Positions 24,722 to 37,195 of a DNA stretch of 64,000 bases are shown piece after piece (within the stretch, counting starts at the first letter, position 1; every line of letters begins with the position of its first letter). This DNA is from Takakia lepidozioides (taxonomy: Eukaryota; Plantae; Bryophyta), in NCBI GenBank assembly GCA_030704615.1, contig CM060731.1, forward strand, positions 35,402,001-35,466,000. The letters are read 5' to 3'. Made by a program: the position numbers and the translations under genes. Below the pieces are notes generated by a model that had not been told where the DNA came from, did not search any database, and worked only from the letters and a program-made list of their open reading frames with translations.

Positions 24722-26297
24722 AACCAACTCCCTAACCCACTTAGCCGGTTGGTTCTCAAAATGAGGGGCCATTGGCTGGTTCAACTGAAATTATTTCCCG
24801 GACGCTTCTCATACAACAAGCGTTCATTATTGGCAATTTTCCTCAACATTCTCATTGGCTTGAAGTGGATAAAAATAAGATAAAATGAATCGGAATGAGG
24901 GTGACACTTTTATCAGGTGGAGGCTACTTGAGAAGTGTCACGTCAAACGCATGTGGCGTGTCACCTGTGACACTCGACGTTTTTAATCCACTACTCTTTC
25001 GCCACAACTTCAATTCTTCAAAGTGTGTCGCAAAGTAAAGTGCCCAAGTGACACTCAACGTTTTCAACGTCAATTTCTAAAAGTGTCACGTCAACTGGCC
25101 CTAGTGAAAAGTCGGTATTTTTTTATTATTTTTTTCATCTGTATTAGTTTGGAGAGAGGTCACATCCAATAATCATGATTACAAATTCGATGGCAAAAGG
25201 TAGAACAAACGGATAAAATTACACAATGTTAACTAGTGGAATGACGCATACCATTGTATTGTCCTTGTGCAGTTCATTTAGAAAATCCCCCATCTCAATG
25301 TTTACTAGTGGAGCTCCAAATTAGTAGGCACAACGTACTCATTACCGATCAGCCGTACTAATTTTCCAAGGAATTGCACAGTAGTGTTGTTTTTTGACAG
25401 GTAGCCCCACCTTTTTTATGACATGTTAACTTTTTTTTTACTTTCATTGGGACAGCCAACTTTGAAAAAATGTCTTTCAAATGACATGTTGACAAATTTT
25501 TGACCTTTCACACAACCATGTCATATGAAATTAAAAATTAAAAATGAAAAGAAGTGTGAACTTCTTACAATTAGTCCAAAGTAAAGAACCCTTTTGTTTC
25601 TCATGTTGCGCCATGCTTTAAAGACCGCCCTCCAATCCATATTCTCCATCTCAATCCCGCATAATGACATTCGCATCAAAGCATCCAACGTATCCAACCT
25701 CAAGCGAGCTCGCAAATGGCTTTGTTGTTAGGAAGGATTTTTGCCTTTCCATATCATTACATACAGGAAATATGCCTTAGTTGGCAAGCCTGGACGGATT
25801 CTGGCCGTTCTTATTAAAACAAAACGGAAAATGGCCGTTGAAGTTCGTCACGTGGCGGAAATTAAGCGTGCCAGGCCAAATTATATTTGACAGAGGGCGT
25901 TCGAGTGGAAAAATATCGAACTCAAGAGATTGGGGGCAAACCCTAATCGGGACTCGGACCTCTCTTACCCCGCAGCCCCACGCCTGCTTGCTCTCACTGC
26001 TTGCTACCACAAGCTTTTGTGCCTACACCCCACACTCACCTTGTGTTGTATTTGTCTGAAACCGATTTTATTTTTTATTTGTAGGAAATGAACCGGTTGA
26101 TAAATATAATGGCTGAATTAACAGCTGAAGGCAAAAAAATCATTAGGAATATTACCGGTTGTAAAACATTTATTTAGGAAATTGACCGAATGTAATTATC
26201 ACTAACGGGATGCAACCGACTCCCCAACCCACTTAGCCGGCCGGTGCTCCGAATGAGGGCCCACTAACTGGTTCATCTCAAATTAGTTCTCGTACGC
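24722..26297 (+). repeat. Dispersed ~85-bp direct repeat pair (24722-24805 and 26214-26297) in a TE-rich interval
   Basis: aaccaactccctaacccacttagccggttggttctc.. versus aaccgactccccaacccacttagccggccggtgctc.. Confidence 0.7.
25560..25725 (-). mobile_element. hAT transposase C-terminal (dimerisation-domain end) fragment
   Basis: SHLRARLRLDTLDALMRMSLCGIEMENMDWRAVFKAWRNMRNKR fits the hAT/ZNF862-like 'LRxRLxxxxLxxLMxI..g.....D......W....RR' tail. Confidence 0.7.
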
Positions 26298-27145
26298 AGG
26301 CTTGGTTACCACTATTTTCAAGAGCACTCTACCAGCGTCCCCCTATTGAAATCAAGGGAGAGTTTGCTTACCACTAGCAAGCATTGTAAGTCATTAAAAT
26401 CTCATAGTGGCGGGAGAGTTTGCTTGAGCCTTGGAGCACATCCAAGAAAGAGGGACATGTTTTACGGTTTGAAAGTAAGGGTAGTTGGTAGTGACTCAAC
26501 AGGCTCCAGCTAGACTTACTAATAAGATTACTAATAAATAATCGTTACCAATAATTTGTACATTTCTTTTGTAATTTTTATCTTTCTTTTGATAGGCTTT
26601 TTTTTTTTTTTTTCCTTTCACCGTGACATGCATTTTTCACAAATGATGGAAGTCATAGTTCTCAGTCCAACTCTATCCACCACCATGTATGTTCAGCATG
26701 CACATGAGGGACACAGACAAACAGAGCTCAAGAGTGTTTGCAACCACCTACTATCATGTTATACAAGGGAGTATATTGTGTGATGTTGCGGGGGACTCTG
26801 ATGTATTCATATCACTCGTCAAAACCGAGTAAAACATCGGCCCTAAATTTTTATGTTGAATTCTGCAAGTTAGCTAGTTGAGTGAACCTCTGATAGTTTG
26901 GAGTGACTTTGATACTGCCAATGTGACAACATGGAAGTATCAACAGGTAACAGAGACGAGGAGAGGCTGTGGAATAAATACTTTTCTGACCCTAGTCAAT
27001 GGTGGGACAATGGAGGCAAAAGGTGAATGCCTTTTAATTTAAAGAGAGTAGAAGATGCAATTGAGGATAGGAACTAAAGTGAGTAAGTTGAGTTGGGTGT
27101 TTCCTAGAACAAATCTAGGCTGTCATTGTCAGCTGATAGCAGCAA

Positions 27146-27874
27146 TGTCGCGGCCTTTGCCTTGAGGGCAGGGGGTCGGGACACATGAGGGGTTGCCCCT
27201 GTGGTGGGGGCAGTGACAGCGATAGGTATGGGGGGGTTGAAGCACCCTTGAGTGCCCGAGGCACTCAAGGAGGCGGAGGCGCTCATTAGGTGGAGCCCCG
27301 CACACCGGGTTGCGGTGGGGGTGGCTCCACAAGGGGTGGTGGTAGCTTAGCGGGACTTAGTGGGGGTGGCATAGGACTCACCATGGGGGCGGAGACCTCG
27401 TGGTGGGAGTCGTGGGGAGTCTTGGGACTCATCACGGTCCATAAGGGGCCGTGGTGAGTGGGCCAAGACTCACCGCGACTCATCACCGGGAGTCGAGGGT
27501 TTTCGTGGTGGTTCGCCATAAAATGGCATGGCTGGTTGTGAAACCCCCGCGGACAGCTACAGAAGTATATATAAGGGGAGTAGTGACCCCGAGAACGGTG
27601 CAAGCCCGTTGGTGACCAAAAACTAGTGAGTAAGCGAGCGAGCCCGAAAGCGACCAAAGAGTGGGGAGCTATTCCGGACTGCCATCTACCAAAGGGAATT
27701 CCACTAGGCCCAAATAGGTGGAGGGTTTAGTGGGGGAGCGAAGGGGGACCGTTATGTCCCGGTGAGCAGCCGAAGCTCCAAGTTGGCCCGGCGGCCAGGT
27801 TGGGAGTCAGGCGCGCGCATCAAAGTGAGTAACTATGACTTGAAGGGGAGCTTACCGAAGTGAGGTGCGCGACA
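27146..27874 (+). repeat. 5' LTR
   Basis: About 10 substitutions and no indel versus 33384-34112 by manual comparison; TATA-like TATATATAA at ~27566. Confidence 0.95.
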
Positions 27875-27876
27875 CT

Positions 27877-27888
27877 TGGTATCAGAGC
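27877..27888 (+). other. Primer-binding site for initiator tRNA-Met
   Basis: TGGTATCAGAGC 2 nt after the 5' LTR. Confidence 0.95.
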
Positions 27889-27929
27889 TTAGAGTTCAGT
27901 ACGCGATCGTCCTTGGGATTGGCCTCATC

Positions 27930-30900
27930 ATGGGGTCGGGCAAGCCGAAGCGAAAGCGGAACGGCCCAAAAGATGATCTCGGTGAGCCCGATGTGGGCGA
28001 CGTGTCACCGAGGCGGCCGTTTGAGGGAGCGATGCACGTTTCCGAAAACGAGGCCGCTCAAGAGCGGGAGGAATCCGAGGAGTCGGAGCCCGAGGAATCC
28101 GTGAGAGCTCCGACCGGCCAACAGATGCCTCCCATGTCGACAGCCTTTTGGGAAGGGTTGTTGGCGCAATTTGGCGGGACGCTGAAAGACGTGTTGAGGG
28201 CGGCTAATGCCACTTCCACTAAGGCAAAGTTTAAGGTGAAGCCTAAGGAACCCGGCACCTTCGAGGGCGTCCGAAATCGGAAGGCATTCAACACCTGGCT
28301 CTTGGAGCTAGAGCAGTACTTCCGGGCGGCCAAGTTGAGTGACGAGGATCGGGTGGAAGTGGCTCCCACCTATTTGAGGGGCTATGCTCAACAATGGTGG
28401 CAGAAACGCCTTCACGACCGAGGTCCAAGTCCGGAAACCTTGAACTGGAGTGGGTTCAAGGAACTAATGAAGAGACAGTTTGTGCCCCTCAATGCGTCCT
28501 GGCTTGCCCGGGACAAGATGAGGAATTTGAAGCAAACAGACGACATTCGGGGATATGTCCAGGCCTTCAATGTGCTTTTGCTCGAAGTCGCGGACATGGC
28601 AGAACCGGAAATGGTCTTCAACTTTGTGGCGGAACTGGCCCCATGGGCCAGGCGGAAGTTGGAGGAGAAGCCACCTAAGACTTTGAACGAGGCAATTGAG
28701 AGGGCTGAATGTTTCTCAGATGTCCCTAGGGGTGAAAGACAAGGCCGTACGGAGCTGAACCACAAGAAGACCCGGCGGGAAGGTGACTCCTTCCGACCGG
28801 AAACGAAGTGGGATAGGCCACGCGGCGACAATGGCACGTGGAAATCGAAGGGAGGGCCTTCACACGTCAAGGCGGCACCCGGTGCTTCGAAAGGAAAAGC
28901 GGGTGGAGCGGCTTATGGCGGACAGAAGGCGACCTTTGATGATGTGTGTTTTAATTGCGGAGAGCCCGGGCACATGGCCAAGAAGTGCATGAAGCCCCGA
29001 CAATTGAACATGACTCGGGCAACCACGGAGCTGTCGGAAGATACCATCAGTCGCCTGGTGGAAGCGGTGGTCGCCAGGACTTGCAAGGTAGGCAAATATT
29101 CTTGTGAGTTGTATCAGGAAACTGGCGCATTGCGTAAAGGGAGTCACTTATTGTTCGTGGAATAATATCCGGAACTAACGTGTCATTGTTGGTGGACACA
29201 GGAGCGTCGCACTCCTTCATGACACCGGCAACGGCACAAAAGCAGGGACTTCCGACAACTGATGTAGGGGCCTCTATTGAGGTGCGTTCTGCTAAAGGAG
29301 AACCGCAATTGGCGACGAGGTTGGCGTTCGATGTTCCTCTTCAACTGGGGAGTTGGGAGAGACGTGAGAACTTCACCGTCTGCGAGATCGATGGAGTGGA
29401 TCTCATTTTGGGGATGACCTTTTCGAGCAGATCTGGAGCGGTCATAGATGGCCGCAAGAGGGTAGTCACGCTGCCATGTTGGAATGGTGGCGAGGTCTTA
29501 CGAGTTTCGAAAACGCCCAAACTCGTGGGAGGGCGAATAAACCTTCTGTCAGCAAGGGAGTGGGCCGTGAAAGAGGCACACGAGCCCCAGTTTTTGCTCT
29601 ACATTAGAGAAGTGAAGGGAGAAGACGATGGAGAGCCGAGCCCAGATTGGATCAAGGGGATTTGGAGAAATACCATGATGTGATGCCGGAGGATTTGCCA
29701 AGCGGCTTGCCACCGCGAAGAGGAGTTGACCACAAGATTGAGGTGATACCGGGATTGGAACCGCCTGCCAAGGCGCCCTACCGGTTGAGCCACAGGGAGT
29801 TGGTCGAGCTGAAGACTCAGCTCAAGGATCTAATGTCAAAGGGGTATATCCGGCCGAGTAAGTCACCTTACGGAGCCCCGGTGCTATTTGCAGACAAGAA
29901 GGATGGGACGCTGCGGATGTGTGTCGATTACAGGGCTCTGAATAAAGTGACTATCAAAAACCGGTATCCTTTGCCAAGGATCGACGACCTTTTCGATCGG
30001 TTGGCAGGAGCGAAGTATTTCAGCCGGATCGACTTGCGCTCCGGCTATCATCAAATTCGGGTGGCGGAAAGAGATGAGGAGAAGACCGTGTGCAGGACAA
30101 GGTATGGTTCATATGAGTTCATGGTGATGCCTTTTGGGCTCACCAATGCACCAGCGACATTTAGCACGTTGATGAACAGCCTTTTCCAGGAGTGGTTGGA
30201 TGACTTTGTGATCGTGTACATCGACGACATCTTGGTGTACTCGAAAACAAAGGAAGAGCACCTGGAGCACCTGAAAAGGGTGTTCCAAAAATTGCGAGAA
30301 GGGAAGCTGTATGCCAAAGCTTCAAAGTGCGAATTCGGGGTCACAAAAGTGGAGTTCCTGGGGCATGTGATTACACAGGATGTGATCAAAATGGATGACA
30401 GAAAGGTGAGGGCGATCTTGGACTGGGAGCCTCCGACTTCGGTCCCGGGAGTGCGATCCTTCCTATGACTCGCCTCCTATTACCGGAAGTATGTGAGAAA
30501 TTTCGCCAAAATCGCGGGGCCACTGTCAGACCTTCTGTGTAAATCTAAAGTCTGGGCATGGAACACCTTTTGTGGCCAAGCTTTTGCTGAATTGAAGCAG
30601 CGGATGGCGGAAGCTCCAGTCTTGAAAATCCTGGAGTTCGATCGTCCATTCGAGATACATACAGATGCGTCGGACTTGATTGGGGGTGTACTGATGCAAG
30701 ATGGACGTCTAGTGGCTTACGAAAGTAAGAAACTGAATGAAGTGGAGCGACGGTGGCCAATGCACGAGAAAGAGATGAAGGCGGTGGTGCACTGTCTTGA
30801 GCTTTGGCGCCACTATGTTGGTTCCAACCCAGTGAAGGTATTCACAGACAATGTCACGGTGAAGTATTTTGCCACGCAGCCCAAGTTGTCCCCAAAACAA

Positions 30901-32479
30901 CTTAGGTGGCAAGATACTTTGGCGGTGTTCGACGTGGATATCCAGTACAAACCGGGGCGAGACAACGTGGTGGCCGATGCTTTAAGTAGAAAGCAACAGC
31001 TCTTGTTGGTGTACAAGGGCGAGACGACGCTCCAAAGGAAGATCCGGAAGGCTTGCCGGAAGGATGAGCTGGCGAAGTCCGTGATGCAGGACTTGAGGAT
31101 GGGGGTTAAATCGTAGTTCCACTTGCAAAATGGACTGCTCCGGTATAAGCAAAAGCATCTCTACGTGCCGAAGGGAGGGATCAAAGATAGCCTCTTGAGA
31201 TAATGCCATGATAGCCCGCTTGCGGACCACGGCGGAGCCAAGCGCACTGCGGCACTCTTGAAGAAAGAGTATTTCTGGCCCAAACTGAGGGAGGAGGCAG
31301 AGGAGTATGTCAAGACATGCACCACATGCCAACAAAACCGGAGCGAGTACAAAAAGCAAGCGGGGCTGTTACAACCCTTGCCGATTCCAGAGGGGACTTG
31401 GGAAAGCGTCTCGATGGATTTCATGACTGCTATGCCGCTGTCAAAAGGATTCGATGCAATCATGGTGGTGGTGGATAGGTTCAGTAAAATGGGTCATTTC
31501 ATCCCCACCAAAGAGACGGCAACGGCGCAGGAGACAGGGCGACTTTACTTCGCCCACGTCTTAAAGCATCATGGAGTCCCGAAGGATATTGTCTCGGACC
31601 GCGATCCAAAGTTTACGAGTAAATTTTGGAGGGCACTTTGGAAGAAGATGGGACGAGGCTGAAGATGAGCACCGCCTTCCGACCTACGACCGACGGCCAA
31701 ACAGAAAGAGTGAATTCCGTAGTGAAGCAGATCTTGCGGAATTACGTGTCGGCAGACCAAACAGACTGGGTGGAACACTTAGACGCGGCAGAGTTCTGTT
31801 ATAATAACACAGAACACTCCGCAACGGGAGTTTCCCCTTTCGTATTGGTCTATGGAAAAGCACCTCTGGTGCCGACAAGTTGGGCCGCCCAGGACGTTGA
31901 GGAACCGGCAGTAGCGGCGGTACTGGAAGAACGCGAGCGTTTGTTGAAGCTCGCAAAGTACAACATTGCCAAAGCTAGGAAACGGTATGAAAGGCAGGCG
32001 AATCGGAAGCGGAGGGAATTGAAGTTTGAGGAAGGCACAGAGGTCTGGTTGAACATCAAGAATTTCCAACTACCTCCGGAAGTGAGTCCGAAGTTCGTAC
32101 CTCCGTATGCGGGACCCTTTCGCATTCGGAAGGTTATGAATGAGGATGTGTATGAATTGGAGCTGCCGGCAAACATCAAGGTGCACCCAGTATTCCATGT
32201 CTCCTTTTTAAGCCTTACTTCAAAGATGAAGCGCGTCCGAATCGGCATCAAGTGTTGCGTCCGCCACCTATGCTGTTGGATCATGAAAATGAACCTGAGT
32301 ACGAGGTGGAGGCAATACTTAAGTCGAGAAGGTTCAAGAACCAAGAAACGGAGTATCTCGTCAAATGGAAGGGCTATCATCATGTGGAGGCATCTTGGGT
32401 GCGTGCCTCAGAAATGGGAAACGCATCTGAGGCGGTTGCAGCTTTCGAAGGGCGACCTCAAAAGCGGAAGAAGCGTTGA
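27930..32479 (+). pseudogene. Disrupted gag-pol: gag with CCHC knuckle (CFNCGEPGHMAKKC), protease (LVDTGASH), RT (YIDD), RNase H (TDAS..EKEM..DALSR), integrase (HHCC, DPKF..TDGQTER, GPF), chromodomain (EYEVEAIL..YLVKWKGY..SW)
   Basis: Motifs are spread over ORF-track pieces. Stops at 30466, 31114 and 31201; frameshifts near 29163, 29655, 31652 and 32208. Confidence 0.93.
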
Positions 32480-33383
32480 TGGGGACATCAACCTTGGAGC
32501 GTGGGGGGGGGGAATGCATGCTTAGCCCGGTTTAGCTAGCTTAGGAATCCGATTGCAAAAACTTGTATTGTACAAAACGTGCTATAAATGAAATGGATTC
32601 CAAATGTTGTGCGTCCTATTTTGTTTGGAATGGTGATGCATGGTATGGTTGGCTAGTGTGTAGAATGCATGCTAGCTTATAAAAGTGGGAGAGGTAAATT
32701 GGGTTAATCATGTGTTTGCGTAGTGCCGAAATCGGGTGACCCCTATCCAAGGGGCAAGGAAACTTGCGCCTTCTTTGGGAGTTCACGAGCTAGTGCGCAC
32801 ATGGCGCGTGCGCGTACTATAACTGTGCTACCGAGGGGGTTGCCTTGTAGTGCGGGCTAACGCGGAAGCTACGTGCTTCCGTTCACGTACTATAATCGTG
32901 TAGCCTCGGGACGAAGTCGTAGTGCGGCTTCGGCGTGTTCCCGTACCTCAGGCCAGCATTCCAAGGCGGACCCAATTGTAGTGATTGGGGCGCACGGTTG
33001 GTTCAAGGTTATCTGCCTAGTCAAAGAGGGTTCTAGAGAACCCTTGCTCAAGGTGATGCCAAAAGCGGCATCATGAGCGGTCGCAAACAATGTTGTTGCA
33101 GTAAGGCGATTCGATCCTCGGGGAGGATCGTTCCTTGGCCTTGAAGTAGGCCAAGAAGAGTGCACTGGGAGGAGCTTGAGAGGCTCCACCCTTGGCCGGG
33201 ACTTGGAGGAAGTCGGCCGAACTAGCTAGTGGAGAGTAGAGTCAAGTGTGGGGTTTGGTTCTTTGCCATGGGACGCCATGGACGGAAACAAACTCCTTGA
33301 TGTGGGACGCCACAACTTGGATGTTCGTTTCTACAAAATGGACAAGTCGATGAGGACATCGACTCCCTGTTGGTAGGGGTGTG

Positions 33384-34112
33384 TGTCGCGGCCTTTGCCT
33401 TGAGGGCAGGGGGTCGGGACACATGAAGGGCTGCCCCTGTGGTGGGGGCAGCGGCAGCGATAGGTATGGGGGGGCTGAAGCACCCTTGAGTGCCCGAGGC
33501 ACTCAAGGAGGCGGAGGCGCTCACTAGGTGGAGCCCCGCACACCGGGTTGCGGTGGGGGTGGCTCCACAAGGGGTGGTGGTAGCTTAGCGGGACTTAGTG
33601 GGGGTGGCATAGGACTCACCATGGGGGCGGAGACCTCGTGGTGGGAGTCGTGGGGAGTCTTGGGACTCATCACGGTCCATAAGGGGCCGTGGTGAGTGGG
33701 CCAAGACTCACCGCGACTCATCACCGGAAGTCGAGGGTTTTCGTGGTGGTTCGCCATAAAATGGCATGGCTGGTTGTGAAACCCCCGCGGACAGCTACAG
33801 AAGTATATATAAGGGGAGTAGTGACCCCGAGAACGGTGCAAGCCCGTTGGTGACCAAAAACTAGTGAGTGAGCGAGCGAGCCGGAAAGCGACCAAAGAGT
33901 GGGGAGCTGTTCCGGACTGCCATCTACCAAAGGGAATTCCACTAGGCCCAAATAGGTGGAGGGTTTAGTGGGGGAGCGAAGGGGGACCGTTATGTCCCGG
34001 TGAGCAGCCGAAGCTCCAAGTTGGCCCGGCGGCCAGGTTGGGAGTCAGGCGCGCGCATCAAAGTGAGTAACTATGACTTGAAGGGGAGCTTACCGAAGTG
34101 AGGTGCGCGACA
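33384..34112 (+). repeat. 3' LTR
   Basis: Copy of 27146-27874, preceded by a short purine-rich tract (AGGGGTGTG) and followed by TSD AGCAA. Confidence 0.95.
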
Positions 34113-36944
34113 AGCAAGGCAAGGATGTATGTATGATTTGTGCAGAGGCATGGATAGCTGAAGGAGCAGGGATAGTGTGTTGGTGGACAGTTTCATCCAA
34201 GAGGGCCGACTTCAAGCTCCAGATGACCTATGATTCCATGTGGATCAATAACTACAATAAATCTGCATGGGTAGAGGGTCAACTAAAGGCAGCAGCTGCA
34301 GTGGCACAGTTGATAGAATCAAGCACCTCAACCATGAACACAGCTTCTGAAAGAGGATCAAGAGTGGGAGTCCACAATGCCTCTTCTAGCACTTTTGGGC
34401 ATGTGAAGATATTTTGTGCGGCAGGCAGCCTGACAGAGGCTCTACAGAGTCCAAACCAAGGAGGCATTTCAGCAGATTCAGATACGTATGTCTGTTTCTT
34501 GCTTAAGTGCATCAAGATGGAAGCTGGATAGCAGGTGCACACTCACATTATCCAAAGTGGATTCACAACAAATGTTTTTCTACTCAACACCCTTTGTCAA
34601 CATGTATGTTAAGTGCGGGAGATCATGGATGCTTACCAAGTGTTCAACAGAATGCCTCAACGATCTTTGATCACATGATATGTTGGCAGGATTTACCAAG
34701 CATGGGTGTGGTAGGAATGCTTTGGAGACCTATGAGCAAATGCTGCGCGAAGGGGTGAAGCCCAACCACATCACATTTGTTTGTGTTTGCAATGCGTATG
34801 CAAGCTTGGGAGCTCTGGAAAAGAGGAAAGAAGTCCATGGTGACATCGTCAAAGCTGGAATTGTACCAGATGTCATTTTGAACACTGCCCTGGTGGACAT
34901 GCATGCCAAATGTGGGTGCGTTAAGGATGCAAAGGGAGTTTTCAACACTATGGCTGAATGAGATGTGGTGTCATGGAAGACGATGCTTGGAGGGTATGCA
35001 TAGCAAGGACGTGGTATGAAGGCTTGGAGACCTATGATCAAATGATGGGGGAAGGGGTGAAGCCCGACCACATCACATTTGTGTGCATTTGCGATGCGTG
35101 TGCAAGCCTGGCAGCTCTGGAAAAGGGCGAAGAGGTCCATGGTGACATTGTCAGAGCTACAATTGTACCAAGTGTCATTTTGAACAATACCCTCGTGGAC
35201 ATGTATGAAGGAAGTTTTCGACAGTATGGCTGAATGAGATATGGTGTCGTGGAGGGCGATGATTGCAGGATATGCACAACAAGAGCGCGGGATGGAGGCT
35301 TCGGAGACCTATGAGCAAATGATAGGGGAAGGGGTGAAGCCCGACCGCATAACGTTTGTTTGCATTTGCAATGTGTGTGCAAGCCTGGCAGCCCTGGAAA
35401 GGTGCAAAGAGGTCCACGGTGACATCGTCACATCTGGATTTGTACCAAATGTAATCCTGAACACTGCCCTGCTGGATATGTATATCATATGTGAGTGCAT
35501 CGAGGATGCAAAGGGAGTGTTCAACAGTATGGCTGAACGAATTGTGGTGTCGTGGAGGGCGATGATTGCAGGATATGCACAGCAGGGGCATGGGATGGAG
35601 ACTATGGAGACCTATGAGCAAATGATGGGGGAAGGGGTGAAGCCCGACCCCGTCATGTTTGTGTGCGATTGCAGTGCGTGTGCAAGCCTAGCAGCCCTGG
35701 AAAGGGGCAAAGAGGTGCATGGTTGCATCGCCAAAGTTGGATTTGTACCAGATGTGATTCTGGACAATACCCTCATGGACATGTATGCCAAATGTGGGAG
35801 CATCGAGGATGCAAAGGGAGTGTTTGACTGTTCGACAGTATGGCTGAACGAAATTTGGTGTCGTGGAGTGCGATGATTGCAGGATATACACAGCAGGGGC
35901 GTGGGATGGAGGACTTGGTGCCACGTCATAGTTGGGCTCCCTCTAGTGGTAACTTTGGTAAATTCTACCCTTGGATCTAGAATTTGTTTGATCAGGCTCA
36001 CTATTGTAGTGCATTCCACACTCTCATAAGAGGGATTGAGTAAAACATCTCATTATCAATGGGTCAATTTTTTGAGTGCACTCACCTTGCGCTATGAAAG
36101 TCACTTTGACCCCACCCCTCTCAAACACATATAAAGGACCTTAGTAAAAACAAATGTTGTTTGGCTTGAAATTCTGATCACAATAGTTGGCCATGATACC
36201 ATACCACATTTCTATGTTTGAGGCAGAAGCAAGAAAAATCAACCCATCACTCAAATAGCTTGGTCCGGCAAGCTCAAATTTCATAGTTTGCAAAATCCAA
36301 AAGCAAAAAGAACAAAAAAAACTACTAAAACATTGAAATCTCTCTAGTCATATGGTGATTTTTTCCGCAATTTGTTGAGTTGATGTACATGGTAGCCAAG
36401 GTGAATCTGGTAAGGTTTATTTTTTTGGATATAACAAGGCAAGTGAGTAGCCTCAGTTAACTCGTCAAACGTCATTTTTTGGGGAGTGAAGTTTGCCCAA
36501 TGGTCGGCCCTCAACACTACTCAAGCAAAGCAATAGCAAGGCCTTCTACCACCAAAACACAAAGACAAGATTGGACTTTCAGATCTGAGCGGATCTACTA
36601 TTTCGACTCTTGGAAAGTGGCCACACAGAGTTGACCCAATAAAGTTATCGTTAAGCCTTCTGCCCTTGATACTACTGCCTCTGGTTATGGTGGGCACTTT
36701 GTGCCTATATGTTAAGTCGAGCAAACGCAAGACGCACTACCAAAAGAGAAACTAGGGCCAGCCGAGCTGCAACAGCGGGCCCATGCCAAGGTGTACACGT
36801 GTTAGCCTCATGTCAGCACGGCCCGCTCCAACCTCTCTTCTGGCTTCGCTCCACCCCCACGGCGTACCTGGAGAGGAATGCCAAAATCCAAATATATGAT
36901 GAAATGCATTTTACGCTCATTCCTGTGTTATTTTGAGTTTGGTC

Positions 36945-37195
36945 CAGGGTTTCTTTTAAGGAATTTGGAAAACAGCACGAGTGGCTACAGAGTCTTACAA
37001 GAAATAGCCATAAATTCTGTTCATCCACTTAAATTCATCCATATCTGTACTTTATCATCCATATTCGGCGAATTCATCCATAATTTATTTTTTATTTGGA
37101 GAAGTCTGGCGATTTCATCCATGAAAAAAGACAAAATATTCGATTTTTTTTTGAGGTCACAATCTGGCGATAAATCGCCAATAAAGGAAACGCTG
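36945..37195. mobile_element. 251-bp MITE with CAG-ended TIRs and a 6-bp TSD
   Basis: TIRs CAGGGTTTCTTTTA / TAAAGGAAACGCTG (12/14); TTGGTC at 36939-36944 and 37196-37201; internal TCATCCA repeats also seen at ~22090-22420. Confidence 0.7.

Larger units (their letters stand above)
27146..34112 (+). mobile_element. Full-length Ty3/Gypsy chromovirus LTR retrotransposon (Galadriel-like), coding-defective
   Basis: 729-bp LTRs with TGTCGCG..CGCGACA ends; TSD AGCAA (27141-27145 and 34113-34117); PBS TGGTATCAGAGC; domain order gag-PR-RT-RH-IN-chromodomain. Confidence 0.97.
26685..35915 (+). pseudogene. PLS-class PPR pseudogene with an N-terminal OSB-type PDF motif; intron 27023-34190 carries the LTR element
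   Basis: DEERLWNKYFSDPSQWWDN (26955-27011) | intron | FHPRG(P)DFKLQMTYDSMWINNYNKSAWVEGQL (from 34191), then P-L-S triplets (VSWRAMIAGYAQQG.. / GVKPDRITFV..ACASL.AL..GKEVH / V...NTL.DMYAKCG) with a 303-bp period. Several frameshifts and TGA/TAG stops; ends abruptly at ~35915 with no E/DYW domain. The start codon is tentative. Confidence 0.8.

Noticed and set aside
27286-27657. 123-aa Pro-rich antisense ORF in both LTRs (also 33524-33895)
   Set aside because: Non-ATG start, arises from the G-rich LTR strand, shows no recognisable domain, and its duplication simply reflects LTR identity.
29163-29180. Programmed gag/pol frameshift or read-through at the TAA
   Set aside because: The break falls inside protease-proximal sequence (LLFVE/ISGTNVSLLVDTG) with no slippery heptamer, so a 1-nt deletion is more parsimonious.
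32515-34112. Initial reading of a ~1.6-kb 3' LTR starting after the G-run, with a truncated 5' LTR
   Set aside because: The TGTCGCG/CGCGACA inverted ends and the AGCAA TSD define complete 729-bp LTRs.
34680-35900. Regular 303-bp repeats as a CRISPR-like or satellite array; TGA/TAG codons as U-to-C editing sites
   Set aside because: The repeats are PPR P-L-S triplets. The locus is nuclear and also frameshifted, so organellar RNA editing does not apply.
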